In this document: positions 11,301 through 24,052 of the stretch, one piece after another
Layout of the letters: each line of letters opens with the position of its first letter
Position numbering within the stretch: the first letter of the stretch is position 1
Assembly (NCBI GenBank): GCA_951406725.2
Contig: OX597814.1
Location: 78,244,001 to 78,308,000, forward strand
DNA from: Octopus vulgaris
Taxonomy: Eukaryota
Direction: 5' to 3'
Length of the DNA stretch: 64,000 nt
Translations under genes and position numbers: made by a program
The notes under the pieces: model-generated
Told to the model about the DNA's origin: nothing
The model's input: only the letters and a program-made list of their open reading frames with translations
Database searches by the model: none

Positions 11301-12370
11301 TTTTTCCTGTCTGCTGAGAACTCGGAATAACGTTATTCAATGTGCTTGTCTTTTAAGTGTTTATTTATTGGAGATATTACTGCTATTTTTAGCAAGTTAA
11401 GTGACTACATAGAGGTTCCCACGCCTTCGGAGATGTCAAACACACTCATCCTGTGCTGATGTCATCGGTGTAGTAAATGAATCTTTCCTAATTCTCAATA
11501 TCCTACATGAATCAATTTCATCTCCCACATGCTTTCCTGTCGAGCACTCAAACACCCCAGGCAGCCTTCATCTCTCGCACATCCTAACCCAATTTCAGCC
11601 AAACCATCACCGTCTCTCTCTACAGCCGTTCATGACTAACCACAAACAACACAACACAATCAAGCTTCATCAAACTAGAGAGCGGGGTGGGAAGACGCTC
11701 TGCAGAGTCCTGCATTTAATGAAATTATGAAATATAACCAATTTCGGAATATGACCACAAATTCCTTATTTATGGAAACTCGAGTAAATTTTGGCAATTT
11801 TGTATATTCAAATCCCGATCCGTATAAGAATTTTTCTTTCTTTTCTTTTTTTTTTTTCACCTCTAATATACTTTAAATCTGAAAAGTAATGTTTATTGCC
11901 ACTTCAGCATCGCTGTTCCGTAGAAAACAAACGTTACTACCATTTTAACCCCAGGAGGACATCTCCTCCAGCTGGTTACTCTATGCAATCAGCACCCGAT
12001 ATTTATTGCAAGCAGGGTTTTCATCTCTTAAAGACATTTTCTAACTAGCTAATTATAAATATGGTTTGACATTTTAGTGTCCGGCCGCACCCGTCGTCAC
12101 TTTTCTGTCTCCTTTCACTAAACATTCTTCTTGTTTACAGCATACAAATTCTGTTCATTAAGTCTATTTGTTCTCCTACAAATATTTTTCAGAAAATTTT
12201 CGTTAATTTCAACATTCTTGCTAATACCTAACCGCGCCCTCCTGCTCTTAGCGCAGGCTCTGTGAGGATACAAGAGAGAATTAAGAGTTCTGTGAAAATT
12301 TCGTGTCTTACTAGAGTATAATGTATCTATGATTATGCAAACCACATATTTGTCTATGTATAAATAATTC

Positions 12371-12433
<63 letters not shown>

Positions 12434-12489
12434 TTGCTTTAACATATTCAAGATCACCAAATATATCAAATTCTTCCTTCAGTTTTCAG

Positions 12490-12523
<34 letters not shown>

Positions 12524-12621
12524 CATACATACATACATACATACATACACACATACATACATAAATACATACTGACATACATACATATGTATGTATGTAT
12601 ATATATATATATATATATATA

Positions 12622-12750
12622 CTCTTTTACTCTTTTACTTGTTTCAGTCATTTGACTGCGGCCATGCTGGAGCACCGCCACGCAGTGGGACTGAACCAGG
12701 AACCATGTGGTTGGTAAACAAGCTACTTACCACACAGCCATTCCTGCGCC
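12622..12750 (-). mobile_element. Octopus tRNA-derived CORE-type SINE, internally deleted copy
   Basis: The minus strand starts AGGCGCAGGAATGGCTGTGTGGTAAG (A box) ... GGTTCAGTCCC (B box) and is fused directly to the GGCGGTGCTCCAGCATGGCCGCAGTCAAATGACTGAAACAAGTAAAAGAG tail. Confidence 0.85.
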
Positions 12751-12781
<31 letters not shown>

Positions 12782-12782
<1 letters not shown>

Positions 12783-12965
12783 GTTAATCCAAACATGAAC
12801 AAAGAGAAAACACAACAACGCGAGGACGTGGAACAAGTATAGTGCTGTTGGACGCTCAGGAAATGAAAGAAAGATGGAGGATTTAAAGTTTCGAGTGGAG
12901 CTCTTCGTCAGAAATATAGAAAAAAAAAGGAAAAGTCCAAGGAAGAGAAGACAGAGAAAGAAAAT
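12782..12965 (-). mobile_element. Hammerhead-bearing mini-element (HHR at 12881-12915)
   Basis: Minus strand: ATTT-CTGACGA-AGAGC TCC ACTC-GAAAC-TTT-AAAT. Related to 24585-24745, 17100-17217, 36926-37137 and 60209-60432. Confidence 0.6.
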
Positions 12966-15349
12966 CGATGGAATGAAATTCATCTGACATTTTGAAATAT
13001 TTCGTAAAATATATTATTTCAAATTTCTGCATTTTTCTTTTTGCAAACAAGTTAAATGTGAACGCAGCAAATATGTCGTTTAAACTAGAGGATTTTCTTA
13101 AGTCCCCTACTGTGAGACAGTCGGTGCCTTGCGCTAATCAGTTTTATAGAAAGCTTTTGCTCATCTCAAACTTGAGGCCAAACCTGCTATGAGGAAATTT
13201 CAGATTTTGAAAATTGTTTTAAATCACTTCGTTGAGGAAGCAGTTTTCGGACATGATGCTTTGGAGATAATGAAAGAACCTTCTGACCATTTGGAAGTGA
13301 AAAAGCTTGAAGTTCAATTAGAATTGAAAAGATTTGAAAAAGAAACTGAGATTAAAAAGCTTGAAATTAAAAAAGAAATTGAGCTTAAAAACCTACTATT
13401 TTGAAAAGTAATAACCTCTTATCCAATCAATTTTAAATGCTATTTGATGAGTTATTAAATAAATACCACGCCACTTTATAGCATTTAAAAATCGTCATAT
13501 TGTCCGTAACATAGCCGGTTACGTGAAACTCTGAGTAACAGCTTATGGAGTTTTTTTTCAGCTTTAATAAAACATATTTTACTCTAGGATTTGAGTGGTA
13601 TTTTCGTCACCTTGTTTTTGGACCTATACACCGGTATGTGTGCGCACACATGCATGCATACATACATACATACATGAATACATACATACATGTAACTGTG
13701 TGCGCACGCGCGTGTGTGTATACATATATATACACATACATGCAGACCCATATACGTATATATATATATACACACACTCCTGTGTGTGTGTGTAAACATC
13801 GTTTTGCTATTTCTCCAGAATGCTAACGAAGAATGAAAAAGCATTAACCATTAGCTCAGTTCTCTCTTTCATTTTTCTTTCTCTCTCTTTTGTTCTCTTC
13901 TCCCTCTTCTATCCCCCTTTCTCTCTCTCCCTCTCTCCTCTCACTAACATTCCCTTATAACGTGACAAAATGAGATAACGTTTATATCTACAGAATATAT
14001 TTTAGTGGACTTTTGTAAATGTTCCAAAAACAAAAAAAAGAAACAACAGATTGATGATATTTAGTCTCTGACCTACCAGAGAATTTCACCCACACATTAA
14101 ATGCACAAATACACACTAACACATACGCATACATAACAACGTGAATGTTTATATATGAAGTCTTTTGATGCAGTATTTTATTCAGAAATACAGAAGAGAA
14201 AATATTCTGTAAAAGTAACTAAAAAAGTAAAACTATCCTTCCTCTTTTTACCAGCAAACGCACAGTATACATCAATTCCATCTACGCGTATATGTTATCA
14301 ACTGTGTATTTTGTCTTTTTGTTTGTTTTAGCTTTCTTGTGTATTTATTTGTTTTATTATTTAATATTTTATTTCTTAATTTCCGGTATGTCAATCAGCA
14401 CGGAGTCTTAGTAGTTTATGAATTTTACAGATAGTGAGACCCAAGCTTTTTTGAGCTTAAACTTTAACGAATAACTATACTATAAAGGCACGGAATATCT
14501 CTGAGTGTATGTGCAGGTCTCCGTGCGCGTGTTTGCATACGTAACGGCGCATTCCCATATATATGTATATAAATGTGTATGTGAGTGTGTGTGTCTGTGT
14601 GTGTGTGTGTGTAAGGTAAAGAATCTGAAAATGCAGGAATCTTTTAAAGCTATTTATTGACTTAACCGGCTTCAATTATTTAATAAGATTTGCAAAAGTA
14701 AAGTATGAGGCTTTGAGTATCTTCTGTGGTATCAAAAATTAGTTTACATAAATGTGTTCAAATCAAGTGATAGAGTCTTTAACAATGATAAGAAAAAGTT
14801 TGAGGCTTTGTGTATCCTCTGTGATGAGTCAAAAAATAGTTTACATAAATTTTTTTATAATGATGAAAAGATAAAAATTAGTTTGCATAAATACATCCAA
14901 ATCAAGTAATAGAATTTTTGCCATCAACCAACCACATTGTTTTTTTTTAAAAAAGAAGGCAATTTTGGACCACCATTTCAGCATAAAATAGTGGTAGCAG
15001 TCAAATTCCATCAAGATGCGAGACCCTGAAGTCAGATCTGAGAACTATAAATGGTCTGTTATTTCTCTATTCGCCTTTTTTTCAATTTAATATGCTACAA
15101 ACAATTATGGTTTCTGATTACAGTGAGACTAAAACATCTACTGATTGACAAACCGGACACGTTTTATCATCTTCTCAAAGACTCTTACTTGATTTGGATA
15201 TATTTATTTAAACTAATTTTTTTTTTATCTTCTTATCATGGTAAAAGAATCTATTTGCTGGTCTGAATGTTTTTATGTAAACTAGTTTTTCATTTATCAC
15301 CGAGGATACACAATGTCTCATACTTTACTTTTGGAAATCTTTCTACATA

Positions 15350-15417
<68 letters not shown>

Positions 15418-15458
15418 TGTATGTATGTATGTTTTTATGTATGTATATATATATATAT

Positions 15459-16027
15459 ATACAAAATAAGAAAATGGATGAATAGATTTCTTTCAATCAT
15501 CGACTACTAGATAATACCAATTCATATAATTTATTAACTAATTATTTAGGAACATCCAGATCAAACAGAATAATACAGAATAAAACAGTACACATCAATA
15601 AGTAAGATAATACCATAAGAACAATACATATAAAATGGATCTTACAGCTGTTTCAGCCTGTAGATAAGAGTATCTCATTATGCTCATATTAGTCAGATGT
15701 ATTGAGGTAATATGCAGTTAAAAATATTGAGGTAATATGCAGTTAAAAATAAGTTAACTAATTTTTAACTGCATATTACCTCAATACATCTGACTAATAT
15801 GAGCATAATGCGATACTCTTATCTACAGGCTGAAACAGCTGTAAGATCCATTTTATATGTATTGTTCTTATGGTATTATCTTACTTATTGATGTGTACTG
15901 TTTTATTCTGTATTATTCTGTTTGATCTGGATGTTCCTAAATAATTAGTTAATAAATTATATGAATTGGTATTATCTAGTAGTTGATGATTGAAAGAAAT
16001 CTATTCATCCATTTTCTTATTTTGTAT
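15459..16027. repeat. Near-perfect ~570-bp palindrome (arms 15459-15725 and 15761-16027)
   Basis: The arms are reverse complements with about 2 visible mismatches. The centre holds a 25-bp tandem duplication. The arms carry the hammerhead 3' half GGCTGAAACAGCTGTAAGATC. Confidence 0.95.
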
Positions 16028-16194
16028 TATCAATTTAAGGTAAAACATTTTACTTTCGCCCATATAATGCAATAAATGAATTGCATTGCAATTCTTAGCA
16101 TTTATGTATTAGCCTTTCTGGGTACTTTACTGGCAGTATATTGGATAAATGATATCCCATAGTGGGTTACACTCACAACCCCTATCTCACTTTG

Positions 16195-16286
<92 letters not shown>

Positions 16287-16289
16287 TAT

Positions 16290-16516
16290 CCTTTTACTTG
16301 TTTCAGCCATTTGACTGTGACTATGCTCGAGCACCGCCTTATGTCGAACAAATCGACTCCAGGTCTTATTGTTTGTAAGCCTAGTACTTATTCTATCGGA
16401 CTATTTTGCCGAACCGCTAAGTTACGGGGACGTAAACACATCAACATCGGTTATCATTGGTGGAGGGGACAAACATAGACACACAAATACATACACACAC
16501 ACACACACACACACAC

Positions 16517-16595
<79 letters not shown>

Positions 16596-16757
16596 CGACG
16601 GGTTCTTTCAATTTCCGTCTACCAGAGCCATTCACAAGGCTTTGGTTGGCCCGAGGCTTTTGCAGAAGACACCTGCCCATGGTGCCACGTAATGGGACTG
16701 AACCCGGGATCATGTCGTTAGGAAGCAAGCTTCTCAGCACACAGCTACGCCTGCACC
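16290..16757 (-). mobile_element. tRNA-derived CORE-type SINE, full length, with internal microsatellite. Other copies: 22478-22856, 26413-26740, 40360-40707, 47245-47595(+), 43040-43230(+), 52305-52413, 63900-64000(+)
   Basis: tRNA-like head, then GGCACC(A/T)TGGGCAAGTG CORE-like block, GGTAGACGGAAACTG, and tail ..GACTGAAACAAGTAAAAG. Confidence 0.9.
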
Positions 16758-17212
16758 TGTCCCATTCCTGGCGAGTTTCTTGTCCGTGCCTCCAGAGTGG
16801 AAACAATATTATCGATAGCGGCTGAAATTGCATTTGACCCTCTAGCCGATAACTGATGAAGAGTTTGTGATCTTCAGTATTTTCTGTCCGACTGTGTATT
16901 TAGTATATGTTCGTTTATTTACTACAGGTTTTTTTTAAAAATTATATATATAGATAGGTCATATCATCCGCTTGTTGTCTTTTAATTTAATCTTGAATAT
17001 GTGTGTGTGTGTGTGCGTGCGTGCGTGTGCGCGCGCGTGTGTGTGTGTGTGTACCGTCAGTAGTTCATGTATCCGAAAACGAAGCACACTCTAAAACAGA
17101 GCAGTAATATATTTCATTCATCAGTCATTCCCTTTTTTCCTGAGCGCCTAATAATACTTTAATTGTTCCACCTCTTTGCGTTGTTGTCTTTTTTGTTTTC
17201 TTGTTTGGATTA

Positions 17213-17260
<48 letters not shown>

Positions 17261-17382
17261 TATATGCATGCATACACTCCCACACACACACATGTATATA
17301 TTCATACATATGTGAACATGCAATATATTTGATAAAAGAATATAGCTGTGTGTGTGAGTGTGTGTGTGTGTGCGTGTGCGTG

Positions 17383-17442
<60 letters not shown>

Positions 17443-18003
17443 CGTGTGTGTGTTCGTGTAGCAACGTCAACATCGCTGGAAGTCTGCTGATGATCACTGT
17501 AAATAGCGAGACCCCCAACATGTAAGTATAATTCGAATATAGAAAATAAATCTCTAGTATATAGTAAAGTGAAATTCCTTCCCGAGTCATATTGACTCAT
17601 AAGGTCTGGTTTCCCACTCTTCATGGCGTATAAATTCCCCACTTGGACCGGACGTCTGTCTGTCGCAGGATTACTCATTTTTGCCTGCTGAGTATTAATT
17701 TTATCCACTCTCGACGGATATGGAAAGTAAAAACCAGCTTTAATTACATAACCTTCTTTTTTCTGAAGACACACACTCGATCTTCTTAGAAAAGAAAAAC
17801 ACATTATCTGATGTAACCCTGAAAATCGAAACTGAATTCCGATTCGTCTAACAATGTCATACTCTACGGCAGGCAAGGGCAACCTTTTACGAGAAGCGAG
17901 CCGCATGAGACAGGACTCATCATCAAGCGAGCCGCACTACTAAAAAATGTTCTAGGTAATTTTTCGTTAGGCGTGCTATTCAGAAAGTCCCGCGGGACTT
18001 TCT

Positions 18004-18237
18004 TATTTCTTTACTGCCCACAAGGGGCTAAACACAGAGATGACAAACAAGGACAGACAAACGGATTAAGTCGATTATATTGACCCCAGTACGTAACTGG
18101 TACTTATTTAATCGACCCCGAAAGGGATGAAAGGTAAAGTCGACCTCGGCGGAATTTGAACTCAGAACGTAACGGCAGACGAAATACGGCTACGCATTTC
18201 GCCCGGCGTGCTAACGTTTCTGCCAGCTCGCCGCTTC
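18004..18237 (-). mobile_element. Nin/Deu-domain tRNA SINE with Tx1/L1-type 3' tail and 15-bp TSD
   Basis: Head GGCGAGCTGGCAGAAACGTTAGC..GAGTTCAAATTCC, then CCTTTCATCCCTTTCGGGGTCGAT..AAGTACCAG, then tail TTAGCCCCTTGTGGGCAGTAAAGAAATAAG. TSD CCCGCGGGACTTTCT at 17989-18003 and 18238-18252. Confidence 0.88.
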
Positions 18238-18779
18238 CCCGCGGGACTTTCTGCTCAACGATATATGATTATCCTTATAGAGAAGTGGAAGTAATTGATC
18301 ATCGATCTCATTAATGGGGCCACTATATCTAAGGAATAGCAGCCAAATTTTCCTTAAATGACACATTTTACCATCTTAAAAAGAAAGATACGTTGAAAAA
18401 TGTAGTCTTGAACAAAAAGGGCAGAATTGTCAAAGCTGGGGAACCTCTGATTATAGATTTGCTCATTCAAAGTCAACCTAGTCTTAAACAACAACAACAA
18501 CAACAACAGAAGCAGCAGCATAGGAGATTATATGTAGGACATAGAATATACGAAAAAGAGAAAAACACCAATCAGGTGGAATGGAGTCGGCCTCCGGCTT
18601 AATAATAACAAATAAAATATTTTATAGTTACACTAAAAAGGCGAAAGATAAAACCGATTACAGTGGGGTTTGAACTCGGGAAGTTTTGGCAACAAACTGC
18701 AATATATTCTGTGAAGAACTCAAACCGGTATGTTACCGTTTTTGTCGCGACACAACGCAACTGACGCCTGTAACTTATA

Positions 18780-18948
18780 ATAGTGGTTTCTTATATAAGC
18801 ACAAGGCTAGATATTTTGGTGGGAGTGGAGTCAGTCGATTATATTGATTTCCAGTACCTTCACAAGAACTGCATTTAGCGACTCCTGAAGGATGAAAGGT
18901 AAACGTCTGCCTCGCTGGAATTTGAATTCATGAAAGACACAGAGAGAG

Positions 18949-18989
<41 letters not shown>

Positions 18990-20353
18990 AAGAGAAGTTT
19001 TCTTCCGTTTCTGCCGCACAAACATCATTCTCAGTACTATAACAATTCTTTTTTTTTTTGTTTTCTCTTTTTGCCATAAGGGCAATAGATGTAGGAACAT
19101 TATAGGATGAACAACAAACAGGGGATGGTGGTAGGGTAGGGGTAACAGTTTACATAGAATCGATATGAGAAAATAATTATTAATAATAATTTCTATCAAA
19201 AGTACATGACCTGAAATTTGAGACAGAGAAGGAGGTTAGTTGATTAAATAAATTCCAGTACTTAATTGATATTTTATGCTATTGCTCCAACTCCAGAAGG
19301 GGATAAGAAAAAAAAAATAAAGTTGACCTCAGAGGGGTTTGAACTCCATACGTATAAAGGACCGTAACGAAATATCGCAAGATATTTCTCATGCCCTTAC
19401 GATTTTGCTTATCAATAATAATATTAAAGGTTTCACGCAAGGCAGTTCAGTGATAGATTTGACAAAGTACTGGTTCATATTCCTAGCAGTTTTTAGTTAC
19501 GTCTGTTTACAGCAGTGACTCTTAACCATTTTTGGGGCCTCCTTTGATTCCTATTTTATTCTACTGGACCTGCATAGCCATTCGATGTATATTAAAAGAA
19601 AATCCTACTGTATTTTTTTATAATTAAATATTATTAGGAATTTTATCCTTACATTCTAAGTTCAAATTCCGCCGAGGTCGACTTTGTATTTCATCCTTTC
19701 GGATTCGATAAAATAAGTACCAGTTACACACACACTGTGGTAATCGATTATTCTGCTCTCCCCCCAACCCACCCAAATTTCAAGCTTTATGCTTATAGTA
19801 GAAGGATTATTAGAAATGGTATTAATAACAAAAAAATATTCTGTATATTGTAGAAATATAGGCAATTTATTGCACATAAGTTTTAACAAAATCTTATATG
19901 GAACCCCAACCTACCACCAAGGGCCATTATGGACCCCAGTTGAAAACCAGTGGTTTATAGCATGAGTTCGATCCACTGAGTTATATTTTTCATCCGTTTT
20001 TACGTTCTGAGTTCATATTCCACCGAGGTCGACTTTGCCTTTCATCCTTTCCGGCGGTGGTGGGTGGAAGGTCGATAAAATAAGTACCAGTTAAAAACTG
20101 TGGTCGATGTAATCGACTTACACCCTACGCCGTAATTGCTGGCTAAGTGGCAAAATTTGAAACCAATAATATTGATAACAATAAACATACTGGTTTCAAA
20201 GTTTGGCACAAGACCAGTAATTTCGGAGAAGTGGCTAAGTCGGTTACATCAACTCCAGTGCTTGACTGGTAGTTATTTTGTTGACCCCCGAAGTCAATCT
20301 CGGCAGAATTTGAACTCAGAACATGCAGACGAACTAAATACCCCTAAGCATTT

Positions 20354-20407
<54 letters not shown>

Positions 20408-20619
20408 GTTTCTTACACAAGCACAAGGCCACAAATTTGGGAGAAAGGGGTTGGCTAGTTGATTAATCTGCGACCTCAGAAGGATGAAAGCAAACTTGCC
20501 CTCAGTAGGACTTAATTCAAAACTTAAAGAACCAAAACAAATACGGCACTTTCAAATGTTATTATAAATTTTGTCTTTTTTAATATGATGAAACTATCTT
20601 GATTCATGCCTGGTATATT

Positions 20620-20689
<70 letters not shown>

Positions 20690-20900
20690 GCCTTTCTACG
20701 AAAGGCACAAGGCCTGGAATTTGTGGAGGGGGGGACTAGTCGATTACATCGACCCCAGTGTTTCACTGGTACTTAATTTATCGACCCCGAAAGTATGAAA
20801 AGCAATATCGACATCTGCAGTATTACAACTTAGAACGTAAAGACGGACGAAAAACCGCATATTGTCCGACGTGGTAACTATTCCGTCAGTGTGTTGCCTT
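18780..20900. mobile_element. Cluster of Nin/Deu-type SINE copies in both orientations (e.g. 19650-19810+, 19985-20170+, 20190-20360-, 20410-20550-, 20690-20900-) with (AAT)n tails
   Basis: Repeated CCGAGGTCGACTTTG..TTTCATCCTTTC..GATAAAATAAGTACCAG and its reverse complement. Confidence 0.85.
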
Positions 20901-21496
20901 AGTAGTGATAGTAGTAGCAATAATAATAATAACAATAATAATAATAACAATAATAATAATAATAAACAGCAGCAATACTAGCAATGTTGTGTTAATAAAA
21001 ATAAAGTAAATAATGTGAGCAATCAAAAAGCAAAAGACAGTGAGATGAAAACAAAAGCAATCATAAGCATTCTCCATCTACTTACTTTATGAAACGATGT
21101 ATAAGTTTGGAAAAGTAGGTGTGTGCGAAAGCACATAGGCATTTGTTTTGAAAAAGGAAAATAAATTTAAACCTATTTTCTTTTCTTTCTTTTTTTCTTT
21201 CTACAAACTCTTACTAACACCCTTGGTGTTGTTATCGTTGCTTTTGTTATTTTTCCCCCACCACCTTTCTCTTTTTAAATTTCCTTTCCTTTTTTCCTCT
21301 CTTTTTCTCTTCCTGTCTCTGCCACTATCTTTCGTTCACACTAACTCTCACTCTCCCTCTTTTTTTTTTTTGTTGTTTTTTTTACAAACTTATTGAGTTA
21401 AGATTGCGAAATAACTGTAGTTGTTTATAAAGTCTAAGTAACTAGATGTAGGAGATGAGAGGAGACATATTATCAGTATTTATTGCTGTGTGTGTG

Positions 21497-21556
<60 letters not shown>

Positions 21557-21641
21557 CAAATCAAAACAAGTGTTTATATATATTAACAAACAAACAAACG
21601 GAGATTGTCTTTCAATGGTTTCTTATTGTGTGTTGTCACAG

Positions 21642-21704
21642 AAATTCAGCAGTGAGATACGAGACACCATGGGATGCCGGGAGTGAGGCTAGGAAAAGGG
21701 TCCT
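21642..21704 (+). CDS. Candidate 63-nt symmetric (phase 2-2) internal exon of an unidentified host gene: NSAVRYETPWDAGSEARKRV
   Basis: Preceded by TTTCTTATTGTGTGTTGTCACAG and followed by GTGAGT. Length is divisible by 3, the frame is open, and it is non-repetitive and GC-richer than its flanks. Confidence 0.35.
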
Positions 21705-21749
21705 GTGAGTAGATTTAAGTAGTGGCAGTGGCGGCGGCAATGATAAAGA

Positions 21750-22022
21750 TTGATGATAGTGATGATGATGACGATGACGATGACGATGATGATGATGACG
21801 ATGACGATGATGATGATGACAACGACGATGATGATGATGATGATGACGATGATGATAGCGCTTGGGGTGTATAGTGGTGGTAATGATGGTGGTGGGGGTG
21901 ATTGTGGTGATAATGCTGGTGGTAGCATTGATTTTAATGAGGGTGGAGTTGATGAGGATGGTAATGGCTGTGACGTTAATGATTATAGTGGTGGAAGTAA
22001 TTGTGGTGGTGGTGGTGGTGAA
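21750..22022. repeat. (GAT/GAC)n and (GGT)n low-complexity trinucleotide tract
   Basis: Visible repeats. Source of the poly-His, poly-Met and poly-Thr ORFs. Confidence 0.95.
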
Positions 22023-22130
22023 GAGTATTAAAGAATAGCTAGACGTATGCGAAAATAATCGGTTTAAATTTACTCTTTTTCTATTTCTTTTCCGTCCCTC
22101 CCCCCACCGACTCACACACACTTCTAAATG

Positions 22131-22162
<32 letters not shown>

Positions 22163-22929
22163 TTCTAAATGACTTTCGAAACAATTGAAGACACACGCTG
22201 AAACCAGACAATCGTCGTCTCTAAACTTTGTGGTAAATAAGGGAATAGGAGGGGCCAAAAGTGGGCCACGGCGACATTTGCACATGTAAGAAAAAACACT
22301 TGTACACAGACTCATCACGGGATTTCTATGATCACGCTATTTAAATATATTTTCTTTTACGTAATAGCTTTAGCCTTCAAATATGAACCCCGAGGTAAAT
22401 AACATGCACACACATACATACATACATACATACATACATACATAAATACATACATGCATATATAATATATATATATTTTTTTCTTTTATTTGTTTCAGTC
22501 ATTTGACTGCGGCCATGCTGGAGCACCGCCTTTAGTCGAGCAAATCGACCCCAGTACTTATTCTTTGTAAGCCTAGTACTTATTCTATCGGTCTCTTTGG
22601 CCGAACCGCTAAGTTACAGGGACGTGAACACACCAACCTCGGTTGTTAAGCGATGGTGGGAGGACAAACACTCACACACTCACACATATATACGACAGGC
22701 TTCTTACAGTTTCCGTCTACCAAATCCACTCACAAGGCTTTGGTCAGCCCGAGGCTATAGTGGAAGGCACTTGCCCAAGGTGCCACGCAGTGGGATTGAA
22801 CCCGGAACCATGCGGTTGGTAAGCAAGCTACTTATCACACAGCCACTCCTGCGCCTTTATATATATATAAATTAACAGAATGAGATAAAAATCAAAGGCT
22901 GTGAAAGATTTCAGAACATTTATAAATAG

Positions 22930-22977
22930 GTCTTACAGTTGTTTCCGGGATATTTTATATATTCCTTCATCAGAGAC
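22930..22977 (-). ncRNA. Minimal type I hammerhead ribozyme motif
   Basis: GTCT-CTGATGA-AGGAATAT..ATATCCCG-GAAAC-AACT-GTA-AGAC. The core is intact and stem I is GTCT/AGAC. Confidence 0.7.
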
Positions 22978-23460
22978 GTTGTGAGAAAATGGTTAAGCAA
23001 TAGTTATTCTAGATAAGATATGAAATACAGAGTGAAGTAGAGGAATGAAAATAGACGTGAGATATGCAGGGATATTGCATCTGTAGTTCCATTATTTAGG
23101 CAGAATGGTATATACATATAAGATTCCTTTACCTTGCAATTAAGTTCCAATAGTATTTAAAATTGGTCATTCCAAGTATAGAGTTTGTAAACGGTGTTAT
23201 TGAATCGAGGGTTTTTTTTAATGACTTAAAAGTTGGGAAAGTATCTCTAAGGTCAAATCAGAAACAAGAAGAGAGGAAAAAGAAAAGAAACAAAGAAAAA
23301 AGAAAAGGAAAAAAGAAAATGCTGATATATGACCTACGTTGGACTCCTCATTCGTATTAACACCGAAACTAGATCTTAACTATAGTTTGTCCATAGTACT
23401 TACTCAGCATTACCTGACACCTTTGGATCGGGTCTTATTGACATCATTACCTCTCATAAC

Positions 23461-23554
<94 letters not shown>

Positions 23555-23612
23555 CTATGTATGTATGTGTGTATATCTATATCTATTTTTATATATATAT
23601 ATGTATGTATAT

Positions 23613-23678
<66 letters not shown>

Positions 23679-23873
23679 TATGCATGTATATGTTTGTATA
23701 TCTATCTATCTATATCTATATATATACTCTTTATCTTTTATTAAACTTTTAATACTTTTGATATATATTTAAAATATAAATGAATTAATTTTATGTATTG
23801 GCTTATGTTTTTCATTGTTTGATTTGCCTAATAGTGGTTTTATCTCTAATTTAATATAATATAATATAATATA

Positions 23874-23926
<53 letters not shown>

Positions 23927-23954
23927 AATAAAATCAAAAACAGAACACAAAGGA

Positions 23955-24052
23955 TATCGCAGTACACGTGTTTCGAGCTTTATAAACGACCTGTTCATTA
24001 CATCATTGTATAATAGATATAAAAGATGGTTTAAAGCTCTCTTCAGTCGCAT
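23955..24052 (-). ncRNA. Hammerhead ribozyme motif with extended stem II
   Basis: CTGAAGA-GAGCTTTA..(~50 nt)..TAAAGCTC-GAAAC-ACGT-GTA. Stem II is 8 bp, helix III is palindromic, and stem I is weak. Confidence 0.65.

Noticed and set aside
12680-12750. tRNA-like sequences with A and B boxes (also 22790-22856, 28272-28345, 40640-40707)
   Set aside because: They are SINE heads attached to SINE bodies and have no proper cloverleaf acceptor stem.
13060-13404. Short gag-like coiled-coil fragment (MSFKLEDFLKSPT..LEVQLELKRFEKE)
   Set aside because: It may be a Gypsy gag N-terminal relic, but it is too short and frameshifted, with no flanking LTR evidence, to call.
14695-14915. Spaced ~30-50-bp repeats superficially like a CRISPR array
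   Set aside because: Eukaryotic context with only 2-3 degenerate units, irregular spacing and no cas genes. It is a decayed local tandem duplication.
17148-17906. 252-aa minus-strand ORF
   Set aside because: It runs through a SINE, (CA)n and (TA)n tracts and has no coherent protein signal.
21636-22211. His/Thr-rich 191-aa ORF
   Set aside because: It is a product of (GAT)n/(GGT)n simple repeats.
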